From the NCBI GenBank assembly GCA_043809585.1, contig JBDROZ010000097.1, forward strand, positions 1-56,270: a stretch of 56,270 nucleotides of DNA, given 5' to 3'. Positions 7,038 through 15,952 of this stretch are shown here, in pieces. Position numbers and translations under genes: made by a program. The notes beneath the pieces were generated by a model. That model was not told the DNA's origin, searched no databases, and saw nothing but the letters and a program-made list of their open reading frames with translations. The stretch is from Candidatus Eiseniibacteriota bacterium (GTDB lineage: Bacteria > Orphanbacterota > Orphanbacteria > Orphanbacterales > Orphanbacteraceae). Numbering within the stretch: position 1 is the stretch's first letter; the number at the start of each line of letters is the position of its first letter.

Positions 7038-10000
7038 TTACAATCCGAGCCGCCGCTCCCCCTTCTCATAGTAGATCTCCGGGTGCGCCTTGATCCGGAT
7101 GTTGAAGTAGTACTCCCACTCGTCCCCCGAAAACCGGGCACGGAAGCTCGCCTCCCAGCAGTGCAGGTCCCGCTTGAGCCGGAGCCCCTGGCTCACCGTC
7201 TTCCGCTCCTCGAGGTCGTACCGGTTCTCGTAGTCCAGGTCCCATCCCTTCGTTAGATTGATGCCGAGGCTCGAGTTCAGCCACTGCGTGAAGTTGTCCC
7301 GCGTCGTCCCCCGGGAGAACCGGTGGGAGAAGCTCGCGTTCCAGGGGATCACCGACGAGTCCCGAGGGCCCTGCCGCCGTCCCCCTCCCCCGAGCTCGTC
7401 GCCGAAACCGGTCTCCGCCGTCACCGAGCGGTCCTCCTCGAAGGGGGAACGCTCCGTCGGCGACGAGAGCGTCTCGGTCGGGTCCTGCTCCTCCCCCTCC
7501 CCCTCCCCTCCGCTTCCCCCCTTCTTCGATTCGCCGAGACTGCCCGAAAACCGGACGCTCGACTGAAACGAAAGGGACGTGAAGCGCCTCGACCTCACGT
7601 CGTGGGTGAGGGAGAGCTCGGAGCTGAAGGGGCGGACCGGCTCGAATCGGAGCGACGACGAGAGTGGGGACCACGGGTATTCTCCCGGATCCCTCTGCTC
7701 CAGATCGTAGGAGATCGAGTTCGAGAGGGCGAGGAGCTGGTCGTTCCGCTTCTCCTCCCCCTTCCACATGTACTTCGTCTGCAGTTTGTTCCCCAGGCTG
7801 AAGGAGACTCTCCTGCTCCGCCGCCGGGAACCGCCGAAGCCCCCGACACTATAGAAGCGGTCCTGCTCGTTCCCGTTCTCGTCCCGGTAGAAGTGGTCTT
7901 CGTTCTTCGGCTGGTAGGTGAAGGAGACGGAGGGTGTGATGATGTGGCGGACCCCCACGAGGGGCCCGACGCGGGGGAAGAACGTGCCGTAAATATTCGT
8001 GTTCACCGACGACGAGGCGTTCCACATCCCCCGGCGCACGTACCGCTGCCCGACCTTGTCCCGGTCGTACCAGGTCTCGCTCCATCCGAATCGGGTGCTG
8101 TAGCCGAGCCACCCCCGGAACTTGCGGGAGAAGTTGGCCGAGAGATCGTGGTCCCATCCGGCGCGGTCCTCCCGCTTGTCGCCGCTTTTCTCTCTCGAGT
8201 TTAGCAGCTTCGACGAGTACTGATAGTAGACGTCGTTGAACCACTTCCTCTCGATACTCTTCCCCCGCTTCGAATCGGCCGGCGGGATCAGCTCCCGGCG
8301 GCTCTGGGTGAACTGGAGCGAGGGGAGAGTCTCGTCGATGCGGTCCTGGTCGAGCCGCTCCGTCCGCGTCAGCTGCATCGAGAATGAGCGGTCGCTCCAC
8401 CGCTTCTTCAGGACCAGGTCCGACTTCAACGTCCGGTCGAGCTCCTCGAGGGTCGTCGACTGCTCCACCCGGTACGTCTTGTCGCTCACGAAGTTCGCCC
8501 GCATGGTGAGGTCCGTGCTCTCGCCGATCTCCTGGTTGTGGCCGGCCTGCACGCTCCACCGCCGCCGCCCCCCCTGGGAGCTCTGGTAGGACGAGCGGAC
8601 GGTCCCGTTCAGGAGATACCGGAGCCGGTATCGCCCGTCCAGATAGCTGACCCAATGGGAGTCCTCGAAGAAATCCCCCCGGAAAGTCAGGTCCGCGTAG
8701 TCGTTGATCGCCCAAAAATAACCGCCGTTCCGGACGAATCGCCCCTTGCTCTCGGAGAAGCCGAACTCGATCGTGGGGAGGATGAACCCGCTCGAGCGCC
8801 CCCCCTTCAGCGGGAAGAGGTAGTACGGGAGGGCGAGGACGGGGATGTCGGCAATGTGCATCACGATCGGCCGCACCACGATCTTGTCGTCGAGATAGAT
8901 CTTCATCCGGTTCGCGAGAAAGTAGTAGTGCGGGTCCGGATCGTCGCAGCTCGTGTACTTCCCCCCTTCGAGGAGGAGCGTCTTGTTCGACGCGCGGTGG
9001 ATCCTGTCGCCGTAGCAGATGCCCGCCTCGTAGTGCGTCACGCCGTCGTAAATCGTCCCCTGCCCGACGTCCACGTTGTAGACCATGCGCCGGCCGTCCA
9101 CCTCCTGGTCACCGTCCTTCAGGATCGGGTTCCCCTGGGCGGTCACGAGGTCCCGGTCGATGTCGAATCGGATCCGCTCCGCGTCGAGCTGCATCTGCCC
9201 CTGGTCGACGTGGGCGTTCCCCTGGAGGTAGACCCGGTTCCGCCTCACGTCGAAGCGGACCCGGTCCCCCCGGTAGCGGACCGTCTCGCTCTTTTCCGTC
9301 GCCGAGTCGGCATCCATTTCCACCGAGAGCTGGTCCCCCGTGGCCTTTCCCGACACTTCGATCGTCTCGAGCTCCTCTTCGCCCAAATGGAAGCGGATCG
9401 TATCCCCCTCGGCGTGATTCCTCTCCCGGCGGGCTTTCATCCCGTCCCGCACCGACCGGTCGCTCTTGGCCCTCCCCGTCACCGCCACCTTCCGGAGATC
9501 GCCGGCGTCGAAGAAGAGCGTCATCCGGTCCCCCGCCGTTCTCCCCTCCTCGGAGGTCAGCGAATCCGCACCCTCGCTCTCCATGGTCGCGCCCCCCCGG
9601 ACCACAACCCGCTCGATCTCCTCCTCTTCGGCGGAGAACCGGACGTCGATCGAGTCCCCCCACAGGCTCTCCCCCTCCCGCACGAGCCGGGGATCGCCGG
9701 TCAGGAAGACGAAGTTCGAATCGCTTTCCATGACGGTGACTCCGGCGAAGGTCTCCACCTTCCGGTAGTCGCCGTGCGTGGAACCCCGGGCGATCACGCG
9801 CCCCGCCTCCGGCTCGATCGTGATCGTGTCCCCCGTGAGCGTTCCGGAGACCTCGCCGAGGCTGTCGAGTTCCTCCATGACCGGGTCCCCGGTCACGACG
9901 ATCCGCACGTTGTCGAAGTCGGCCCGGCGCCCCCGGACCCGGTACGACTCCCGGTAGAGTTCGAGGCTCACACCGCCGAGGGCGGTTCCCCCCTCCGCGC

Positions 10001-10526
10001 CGGGATCGACCTCGAGCGTGTCGGCGAGGACTTGCCTCGCCGAGTCGAGAACGGCCACGGACCCCGTGAAGAGCACCCGCTCCGTCTCCTCGTCCTCTTC
10101 GCTCAGATAGAAGATCGCCCGGTCGGCGACGATGGTCCTTCCCGCCTCCACGACCATCACACCCTTGGGGTATTCGAGGGTCGAGCGCTCCTCGTCGATC
10201 ACCGCCACCCGGCCGTAGGCCCAGCTCTCATCCCGGTAGACCCGCGCGTCGCCGGAGAGCTGAAGGCGCCCCGTGCTCTCCCGCCAGATCCCCCGGCGCC
10301 CGAGGGCGGCGATCCGCCGGTCCGGCGCGAGGAAGCGCACGTTTCCCGCGAGGTCGAGGACCGGCTCCTCCCCCCGGAGGCCGCTCCCCCGGAGACGGTC
10401 GCCCGTGATGTAGACGGGAACGTCGGCCTTCTTCCCGGGAGGATCCGCGGAGAGGACGGGGGAGAGAGAAATGAGGACGAAGAGGAACGGAAGGGGCGTG
10501 AAACGGGGGGAACGCCGGCCGGTCAC
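7038..10526 (-). CDS. lptD: LPS assembly outer-membrane protein LptD with an extended multi-OstA N-terminus (about 1162 aa)
   Basis: GTG start overlaps the accD stop (GTGA). Signal peptide, repeated OstA-like beta segments, YTSCDDPDPHYY, RSSGFILP, and C-terminal RDLHCWE...YYFNIRI. Confidence 0.85.
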   Translation of the reverse strand: MTGRRSPRFTPLPFLFVLISLSPVLSADPPGKKADVPVYITGDRLRGSGLRGEEPVLDLAGNVRFLAPDRRIAALGRRGIWRESTGRLQLSGDARVYRDESWAYGRVAVIDEERSTLEYPKGVMVVEAGRTIVADRAIFYLSEEDEETERVLFTGSVAVLDSARQVLADTLEVDPGAEGGTALGGVSLELYRESYRVRGRRADFDNVRIVVTGDPVMEELDSLGEVSGTLTGDTITIEPEAGRVIARGSTHGDYRKVETFAGVTVMESDSNFVFLTGDPRLVREGESLWGDSIDVRFSAEEEEIERVVVRGGATMESEGADSLTSEEGRTAGDRMTLFFDAGDLRKVAVTGRAKSDRSVRDGMKARRERNHAEGDTIRFHLGEEELETIEVSGKATGDQLSVEMDADSATEKSETVRYRGDRVRFDVRRNRVYLQGNAHVDQGQMQLDAERIRFDIDRDLVTAQGNPILKDGDQEVDGRRMVYNVDVGQGTIYDGVTHYEAGICYGDRIHRASNKTLLLEGGKYTSCDDPDPHYYFLANRMKIYLDDKIVVRPIVMHIADIPVLALPYYLFPLKGGRSSGFILPTIEFGFSESKGRFVRNGGYFWAINDYADLTFRGDFFEDSHWVSYLDGRYRLRYLLNGTVRSSYQSSQGGRRRWSVQAGHNQEIGESTDLTMRANFVSDKTYRVEQSTTLEELDRTLKSDLVLKKRWSDRSFSMQLTRTERLDQDRIDETLPSLQFTQSRRELIPPADSKRGKSIERKWFNDVYYQYSSKLLNSREKSGDKREDRAGWDHDLSANFSRKFRGWLGYSTRFGWSETWYDRDKVGQRYVRRGMWNASSSVNTNIYGTFFPRVGPLVGVRHIITPSVSFTYQPKNEDHFYRDENGNEQDRFYSVGGFGGSRRRSRRVSFSLGNKLQTKYMWKGEEKRNDQLLALSNSISYDLEQRDPGEYPWSPLSSSLRFEPVRPFSSELSLTHDVRSRRFTSLSFQSSVRFSGSLGESKKGGSGGEGEGEEQDPTETLSSPTERSPFEEDRSVTAETGFGDELGGGGRRQGPRDSSVIPWNASFSHRFSRGTTRDNFTQWLNSSLGINLTKGWDLDYENRYDLEERKTVSQGLRLKRDLHCWEASFRARFSGDEWEYYFNIRIKAHPEIYYEKGERRLGL

Positions 10527-11413
10527 CGCCTCTCCGGATCCTCCCCGGACCCCGGGGCCGCCGAGGGCGGGGCGGGCGTGGGGAAATAGCGCAGCACCTT
10601 CGCGAGGGTGCTCTTCAGCTCCTTGCGGGGCACCACCATGTCCACCATGCCGTGTTCGAGGAGGAACTCGGAGCGCTGAAATCCCTCCGGGAGATCCTGG
10701 CCGATCGTCTGCTGGATCACCCGGGGGCCGGCGAAACCGACGAGCGCCTTCGGCTCGGCGATGATCACGTCCCCCTGCATGGCGAAGCTCGCCGACACGC
10801 CCCCCGTGGTCGGGTGGGTCACGATGGAAATGAAGGGGATCGAATTCTCGGCGAGCCTGGCGATGGCGACGCTCGTCTTGGCGAGCTGCATGAGCGAGAG
10901 GATCCCCTCCTGCATCCGGGCGCCGCCGGAAGAGGAGAGAATGACCAGGGGATGGCCGGTCTTGTAGGAGAGGTCGGCGGCGCGGACGATCTTCTCGCCC
11001 ATCACCGAGCCGAGGCTCCCGCCGCCGAAGGCGAACTCGAGCACCCCGAAGACCGAGCGGATCCCCTCGACGGCGCCGGTGCCCGTGCGGATCGCCTCCT
11101 TCATCCCCGTCTTCGCCTGGTACGCTTTGAGACGGTCGGGGTACTTCTTCGAGTCCCGGAAATGGAGTGGATCGGTCGGCTCGAGATCCATGTCCATCTC
11201 GCGCCACGTCCCCTCGTCGATCAGGATGCGGATGTAGTCGGCGGACCGGATGCGGAAGTGGAAGCCGCAGCCGTGGCAGGTCCAGAGGTTCCGCTCGAGC
11301 TCCTTCCGGTAGAGGATGTCCTCGCAATACTCGCATCGGACCCAGAGGCCGTCCGGGACGTTCTTCTTCTCGCCCCCCTTCAGGCCGCGGTCACTCTTTC
11401 GAAACCAGGCCAC
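10523..11413 (-). CDS. accD: Acetyl-CoA carboxylase carboxyltransferase beta subunit
   Basis: GLWVRCEYC...CHGC zinc finger, GGSLGSVMGEKI, SGGARMQEG, PTTGGVSASFA, FQRSEFLLEHG. Confidence 0.97.
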   Translation of the reverse strand: MAWFRKSDRGLKGGEKKNVPDGLWVRCEYCEDILYRKELERNLWTCHGCGFHFRIRSADYIRILIDEGTWREMDMDLEPTDPLHFRDSKKYPDRLKAYQAKTGMKEAIRTGTGAVEGIRSVFGVLEFAFGGGSLGSVMGEKIVRAADLSYKTGHPLVILSSSGGARMQEGILSLMQLAKTSVAIARLAENSIPFISIVTHPTTGGVSASFAMQGDVIIAEPKALVGFAGPRVIQQTIGQDLPEGFQRSEFLLEHGMVDMVVPRKELKSTLAKVLRYFPTPAPPSAAPGSGEDPERR

Positions 11414-11885
11414 CCGAATCCTCCCCCGAAGGCGAGAGATCGCTCAGCATGATCAACGCGTCCTCGCCGTTGTCCACGTAATACGCGGTGCGGACGGCCA
11501 CCTCCCGGAAGGCCCGGCTCCGGTAGAGCCGGATCGCCGGTTCGTTGGACATCCGGACCTCGAGGGTCGCGAACAGGCAGCCCCGGCGCCGCGCGTCCAC
11601 CAGCATTTCGTCGAGCAGCACGCCTCCAAGCCCGCGGCCTTGCCGGGACGGCCGCACCGCCATGTTGGCGATGTGGAACTCGTCCCCCACGTACCAGCCG
11701 ATCCCGTAACAGACGACCGTCTTCCCGTCCGATCCGACCACCGCGCAGGCGGCTTCTTCCTCCTCGATATCCGCCAGGAACATCGCCTCCGGCCAGGGGT
11801 CGGAGAAGAGTTCCCTTTCGAGGGCGACGATCTCCGGGAGGTCGTCGGCGGTCATCCGCCGCCACGCCACCGGTGGTTCGATCAA
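11391..11885 (-). CDS. rimI: Ribosomal protein S18 alanine N-acetyltransferase
   Basis: LERELFSDPW, HIANMAV, QGRGLG, LEVRMSNEPAIRLY, YYVDNGEDALIM. TTG start overlaps the tsaB stop. Confidence 0.9.
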   Translation of the reverse strand: MIEPPVAWRRMTADDLPEIVALERELFSDPWPEAMFLADIEEEEAACAVVGSDGKTVVCYGIGWYVGDEFHIANMAVRPSRQGRGLGGVLLDEMLVDARRRGCLFATLEVRMSNEPAIRLYRSRAFREVAVRTAYYVDNGEDALIMLSDLSPSGEDSGGLVSKE

Positions 11886-12565
11886 CGGCGGCGCCCCTTC
11901 GCCGGCTTCGCCGCGTCCGCGCCGCGCAGATAGAGGGGCTCGAGGTCGTCCACGCCATCCCCCTCTCCCCCTCCGGCCAGCCGCGCGTACCCCCGGAGGG
12001 CGATGCGCGCCGCGTCGGGGTAGTTCCTCCGCCCGCCGAGAAAGAGCGCCCGGGGTCCGAGCCCCTCCTCGATCTTCTCCCGGTAGCGGATCGCGCCGTT
12101 GCCGACGAAGAGGACTTCGTCCGCGCCGGTCCGGCGGAGAAGCTCCTCCGGCCGGGCCGTCCGACCCGGAGCGGTCTCCCCCCCCGCCCGGAAGAGCGTC
12201 CCGTGCGCCTCCCCCCGGCCGGCGTCGATCCAGACCTCCGTCTCCCCCTTCCAGGGAAGGGCCGCCTCGGCAAGGACCGGCGGCAGGGGGATCCCGACCA
12301 CGGGGCACCCCCGCGCGAGGGCCAATCCCTTCGCCGCGGCGAGCCCGATCCGGAGCCCCGTAAACGATCCGGGCCCCAAGGAGACCGCGACGCCGCCGAT
12401 CGACCCGGGAGCGAGGCCGGCCGCTTCGAAGAGCCGCACCGTCAGAAGGTGGAGGTGTTCGGTCCGCCCCCCCTCCTGAAGATGAAACTCCCCGAGCAAT
12501 CCCTCGGGCCCTGCGAGGGCCACGCCGGACCAGCGGGACGAGGTCTCGATGCCGAGGACGATCAT
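11882..12565 (-). CDS. tsaB: tRNA t6A biosynthesis protein TsaB
   Basis: MIVLGIETSS, GPGSFTGLRIG, IDAGRGE, LEPLYLR. ATGA overlap with tsaE. Confidence 0.93.
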   Translation of the reverse strand: MIVLGIETSSRWSGVALAGPEGLLGEFHLQEGGRTEHLHLLTVRLFEAAGLAPGSIGGVAVSLGPGSFTGLRIGLAAAKGLALARGCPVVGIPLPPVLAEAALPWKGETEVWIDAGRGEAHGTLFRAGGETAPGRTARPEELLRRTGADEVLFVGNGAIRYREKIEEGLGPRALFLGGRRNYPDAARIALRGYARLAGGGEGDGVDDLEPLYLRGADAAKPAKGRRR

Positions 12566-13023
12566 CGCACCGCCTCCCGAAGCCCTTCGAGCCGCGGGTC
12601 GTCCCAGCGGACTCGGATCTCGCGGCTCCCCTCGTCCTTCCCGGCGTCGATCTCGACCACGATTGCGCCCCCGCCGAAGAGGGCTTCGATCGACTCCCCC
12701 CATTCGACGAGGGCAACTCCCTCTGCCATACGATCTTCGACGCCGAGGTTAGGCCAATCCCCCAGGCCTGTCAACCGGTACAGATCGACGTGAAAGACGG
12801 GGAAGGGACCCTCGTATTCCCGGACCAGGACGAAGGTCGGGCTCCGGACCTCCCCGGCGCAGCCGAAGGCGCGGCAGATTCCCCGGACGAGCACCGTCTT
12901 GCCGCTGCCGAGATCCCCGACGAGAAGGGCCACGTCCCCCGGGCGGAGGAGGGCGCCGAGCCGCCCGCCGAACCTCTCGGTCTCCTCTGGGGAACCGCTG
13001 TGAAAGAGGACCGGTCCGCCCAT
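12562..13023 (-). CDS. tsaE: tRNA t6A biosynthesis ATPase TsaE
   Basis: GDLGSGKT, SPTF, HVDLYRL, VEWG. Confidence 0.95.
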   Translation of the reverse strand: MGGPVLFHSGSPEETERFGGRLGALLRPGDVALLVGDLGSGKTVLVRGICRAFGCAGEVRSPTFVLVREYEGPFPVFHVDLYRLTGLGDWPNLGVEDRMAEGVALVEWGESIEALFGGGAIVVEIDAGKDEGSREIRVRWDDPRLEGLREAVR

Positions 13024-13041
13024 GGCCGACTCCGGGTGGCG

Positions 13042-14592
13042 CTATCGCCGGGGGGTCAACGTGACGCACGGGAGCACCATCTCCTCGAGGGAGATGCCGC
13101 CGTGCTGGAAGGTGTTCCGGTACTGTCGTTCGAACTCGTGATACCGGGTGGGATAGACGAAGTAGTAGCTCTCCTTGGCGAAGATGTAGTTCTTCGAGAG
13201 TACGCCCCCCGGCAGGCGGTAGTCTCGGGGGTCTTTCACCTTCACGGCGTGGCGCTCGTCACAGCCGAGGTTTTTGCCGAACTTGTAGCGGAGGTTGGTG
13301 GACGTCTCCCGGTTGCCGTAGACGGTGGTCGCCTTCCTCCCGAGAATCGCGCCGTGGTCGGAGGTGAGCACGACGCGCACGTCCGGCTGTGTGGCGACCG
13401 CCCGGAGCATCTCGAAGAGGGCCGAGTGCTGGAACCACGACTCCATGACCGACCGGAACGCCGCCTCGTCCGGCGCGAGCTCCTGTAGGATTTCCGACTC
13501 GGAGCGCCCGTGGGCGAGGATGTCGACGAAGTTGATCACCATGGCGGTGAACTGGATCGAGAAGAAGGAGGAGATCTGGCGGCGAATGTTGTTCCCCTCC
13601 TCCACGTTGAAGATCTTGACGTACTTCGGCGGCTGCCGGAGGACCAGCTTCCTCTTCTTGAGGTGGGCTTCGACCAGGTGCCGCTCGTACCGGTTCTTTC
13701 CCCCCTCGTCGTCACCCGCCTCCTGCCACCACTTCGGATACTGCTCCGCCAGGTCGAGGGGGAAGAGCCCTGAAAAGATCCCGTTTCTCGCGTAAGGGGT
13801 CGCCGATGGGAGGATCGACAGGTAGTAGTCGGTCTCGATCTGAAAGTACGGGTCGAGGAGGCGCTCGATCGCGAACCAAAGGTCGAGGCGCATGCAGTCG
13901 ATGACGACCAGGAAGATCCGGTGCCCCTCCCGGAGGGGGGGGACCACGTGCAGGTCGAGGAAGTCCGGCGAGAGAGGGGGCCGGTCCTCGGAGTTGACCC
14001 AGTGGCCGTAGTTCGTCTCCACGAAGCGGCCGAACCCCGCGTTCATCTCCCTCCGGATGTCCGCGTGGGTCTGCTTGAAGCCGATCTCCCGGAACCGCTC
14101 GAGTTCGATGTCCCACCGGGAGAGCCGGCGGTGAATATCGATCCACTCCTGCCACGTCGCGGCGTGGGAAATGGCCCGGATCCGGTTGAACTCGGCGAGG
14201 TAGTCCTTGGTGACCTGGGTCGACTCGAGGCGCCCTTTCTCGAGCACCCGGCGGAGGGCCGAGAGGATTTGCACCGGGTTGACCGGTTTCAGGAGGTAGT
14301 CGTTGATCCGCTTCCGGATCGCCGTGTCGACGAGTTCCTCTTCCTCGCTCTTGGTGATCATGATGACCGGGAGGTCCTCCCGGAGCTCCTTGATCCCCTC
14401 GAGGGTGGAGAGGCCGTCCCGGCCCGGCATCATCTCGTCGAGAAGAACGGCATCGAAGTTCGATTCCGCCACGCGCCGGATCGCCTCGTCCCCGGACGAG
14501 ACGGTCACGACCTCGTAACCACGCTCCCTGAGAAAGATGACGTGGGGCTTCAGGAGGTCGATCTCGTCGTCGGCCCAAAGAATGCGGCTCAT
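13042..14592 (-). CDS. porX: PorX-like response regulator (receiver + PglZ/alkaline-phosphatase-fold domain)
   Basis: ILWADDEIDLLKPH, LDEMMPG, MITKSEEE, ILPSATPYARN, TSDHG, FQHGGISLEEM. Adjacent to tsaE, as in Bacteroidota. Confidence 0.88.
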   Translation of the reverse strand: MSRILWADDEIDLLKPHVIFLRERGYEVVTVSSGDEAIRRVAESNFDAVLLDEMMPGRDGLSTLEGIKELREDLPVIMITKSEEEELVDTAIRKRINDYLLKPVNPVQILSALRRVLEKGRLESTQVTKDYLAEFNRIRAISHAATWQEWIDIHRRLSRWDIELERFREIGFKQTHADIRREMNAGFGRFVETNYGHWVNSEDRPPLSPDFLDLHVVPPLREGHRIFLVVIDCMRLDLWFAIERLLDPYFQIETDYYLSILPSATPYARNGIFSGLFPLDLAEQYPKWWQEAGDDEGGKNRYERHLVEAHLKKRKLVLRQPPKYVKIFNVEEGNNIRRQISSFFSIQFTAMVINFVDILAHGRSESEILQELAPDEAAFRSVMESWFQHSALFEMLRAVATQPDVRVVLTSDHGAILGRKATTVYGNRETSTNLRYKFGKNLGCDERHAVKVKDPRDYRLPGGVLSKNYIFAKESYYFVYPTRYHEFERQYRNTFQHGGISLEEMVLPCVTLTPRR

Positions 14593-14626
14593 GATCGGTG
14601 TCTGCTTTCTCTCGGGGGGATCCCGG

Positions 14627-15937
14627 TCAGGAGACGGGAAGGGAGATGGCGATGACCGTGCCTTTCTCCCGGTGGCTCTTCACGATGGTCATGCGGCCGC
14701 CGTGGTACTCCTCGACGATCCGCCGGGAGAGGGGAAGGCCGAGCCCCCAACCCCGCCGTTTCGTGCTGAAGCCGGGGTAGAAGGCCTTCTTCTGCTCCGC
14801 GGGGGTCATCCCCCGCCCGTCGTCGGTGAAAGTGATCTTCACGCCGTTCCCCAGCCGGTTATACCCGGTCTCGATGGCGATGGTTCCCCCCTTCTCGCTG
14901 AGGGCGTCAATCGAGTTCCGGAAGAGGTTCTCGATCACCCACTGGATCAGCTCCTTGTTGATGCGGACCGCGGGCAGGTCGCCGAAATCGGTCCGCACCA
15001 CCACGTCCTTCCCCACCCGGTCGAAGCGTTTGCGGAGATAGAGCAGCGCGTCATCGAGAACCGGGTTGAGCTCCTGGGACAGCAGGCTCGGTAGGGAACC
15101 GATGTTGGAGAAGCGGTAGGCGATCTTGTTCAGCCGGTCGACGTCTTCCTCCATCTCCCGGGTCAGCTCGTCGAGGTCCGCCTTGCGGAGGGAGACCCGG
15201 TCGCCGACGGCTTCGGCGCTCCGCTCCCGGAGGAGGTGGAGCCAGCCAAGAAGGGACGAGATCGGCGTGCCGAGCTGGTGGGCGGTCTCCTTCGCCATAC
15301 CGATCCAGATCGAGCGCTGCTCCCCTTCCTTCAGCCCCCGGTATCCGATGTAGGCGAGGAGGACGAAGATCGCCACGAGGGCGAGCTGGATGAAGGGAAT
15401 CACCCGGAGCTGCTTGATCGTGTCCGGGTCGTCGTAGTGCACGTGGCCGACCAGGCTCCCCCCCCGGATATCGTAGAAGGGGATCGGCGGGTTGCTCCGG
15501 TCCATGTGGCGCGCGAGGGCGAGCATCTCCGCCATGGGGCCCGGGAGCGGGCTCTCGGGATCGGCGCGGACGAAGTCCCGGTATGAGACGTCCTCGATGC
15601 GCACCGAGTGGCCGTTCAGTTCGTCCGGGATCCCGTGCCAGGTCCACGGCACGCCCCGGCGGTCGGTGACGATCACGGGGAACGGGATGCTCTCCACCAC
15701 GTCGCTGAAGATGCCCGAGATCTCCTCGTCCTGGGCGGCGGGCATGATCGTGCCGGCGCAGAACTGGGCGAAGATGCGCGAGAGGAGCTCCGTCTCCCCT
15801 TCGAGCCGTTTGATCAGGTGGTTGGTGTAGAAGAAGAGGGCGAGCACCAAGAACCCGCTGCCGAGGAAGATGTAGGCCCGGAGCATTCCGGAAGTGATCC
15901 GTCCGGGCGTTGATGATCCCCGCGGCTTCGTCGCCAT
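14627..15937 (-). CDS. Membrane sensor histidine kinase
   Basis: Two TM helices, H-box WIGMAKETAHQLGTP, ENLFRNS, DDGRG, PGFSTKRRGWGLGL. Confidence 0.93.
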   Translation of the reverse strand: MATKPRGSSTPGRITSGMLRAYIFLGSGFLVLALFFYTNHLIKRLEGETELLSRIFAQFCAGTIMPAAQDEEISGIFSDVVESIPFPVIVTDRRGVPWTWHGIPDELNGHSVRIEDVSYRDFVRADPESPLPGPMAEMLALARHMDRSNPPIPFYDIRGGSLVGHVHYDDPDTIKQLRVIPFIQLALVAIFVLLAYIGYRGLKEGEQRSIWIGMAKETAHQLGTPISSLLGWLHLLRERSAEAVGDRVSLRKADLDELTREMEEDVDRLNKIAYRFSNIGSLPSLLSQELNPVLDDALLYLRKRFDRVGKDVVVRTDFGDLPAVRINKELIQWVIENLFRNSIDALSEKGGTIAIETGYNRLGNGVKITFTDDGRGMTPAEQKKAFYPGFSTKRRGWGLGLPLSRRIVEEYHGGRMTIVKSHREKGTVIAISLPVS

Positions 15938-15952
15938 GGTCGTGCCTCCTGG

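Noticed and set aside
7038-11336. ORF-track lengths of 1432 aa (lptD), 441 aa (rimI), 594 aa (pyrR), 387 aa (cobB) and 258 aa (paralog 2) as real N-terminal extensions
   Set aside because: The extensions overlap other genes or repeats in a different frame. Coupled starts or an RBS define shorter genes.
13042-14592. PglZ domain as part of a BREX defence system
   Set aside because: It has an N-terminal receiver domain and PorX-type motifs, with no brxC/pglX neighbours.
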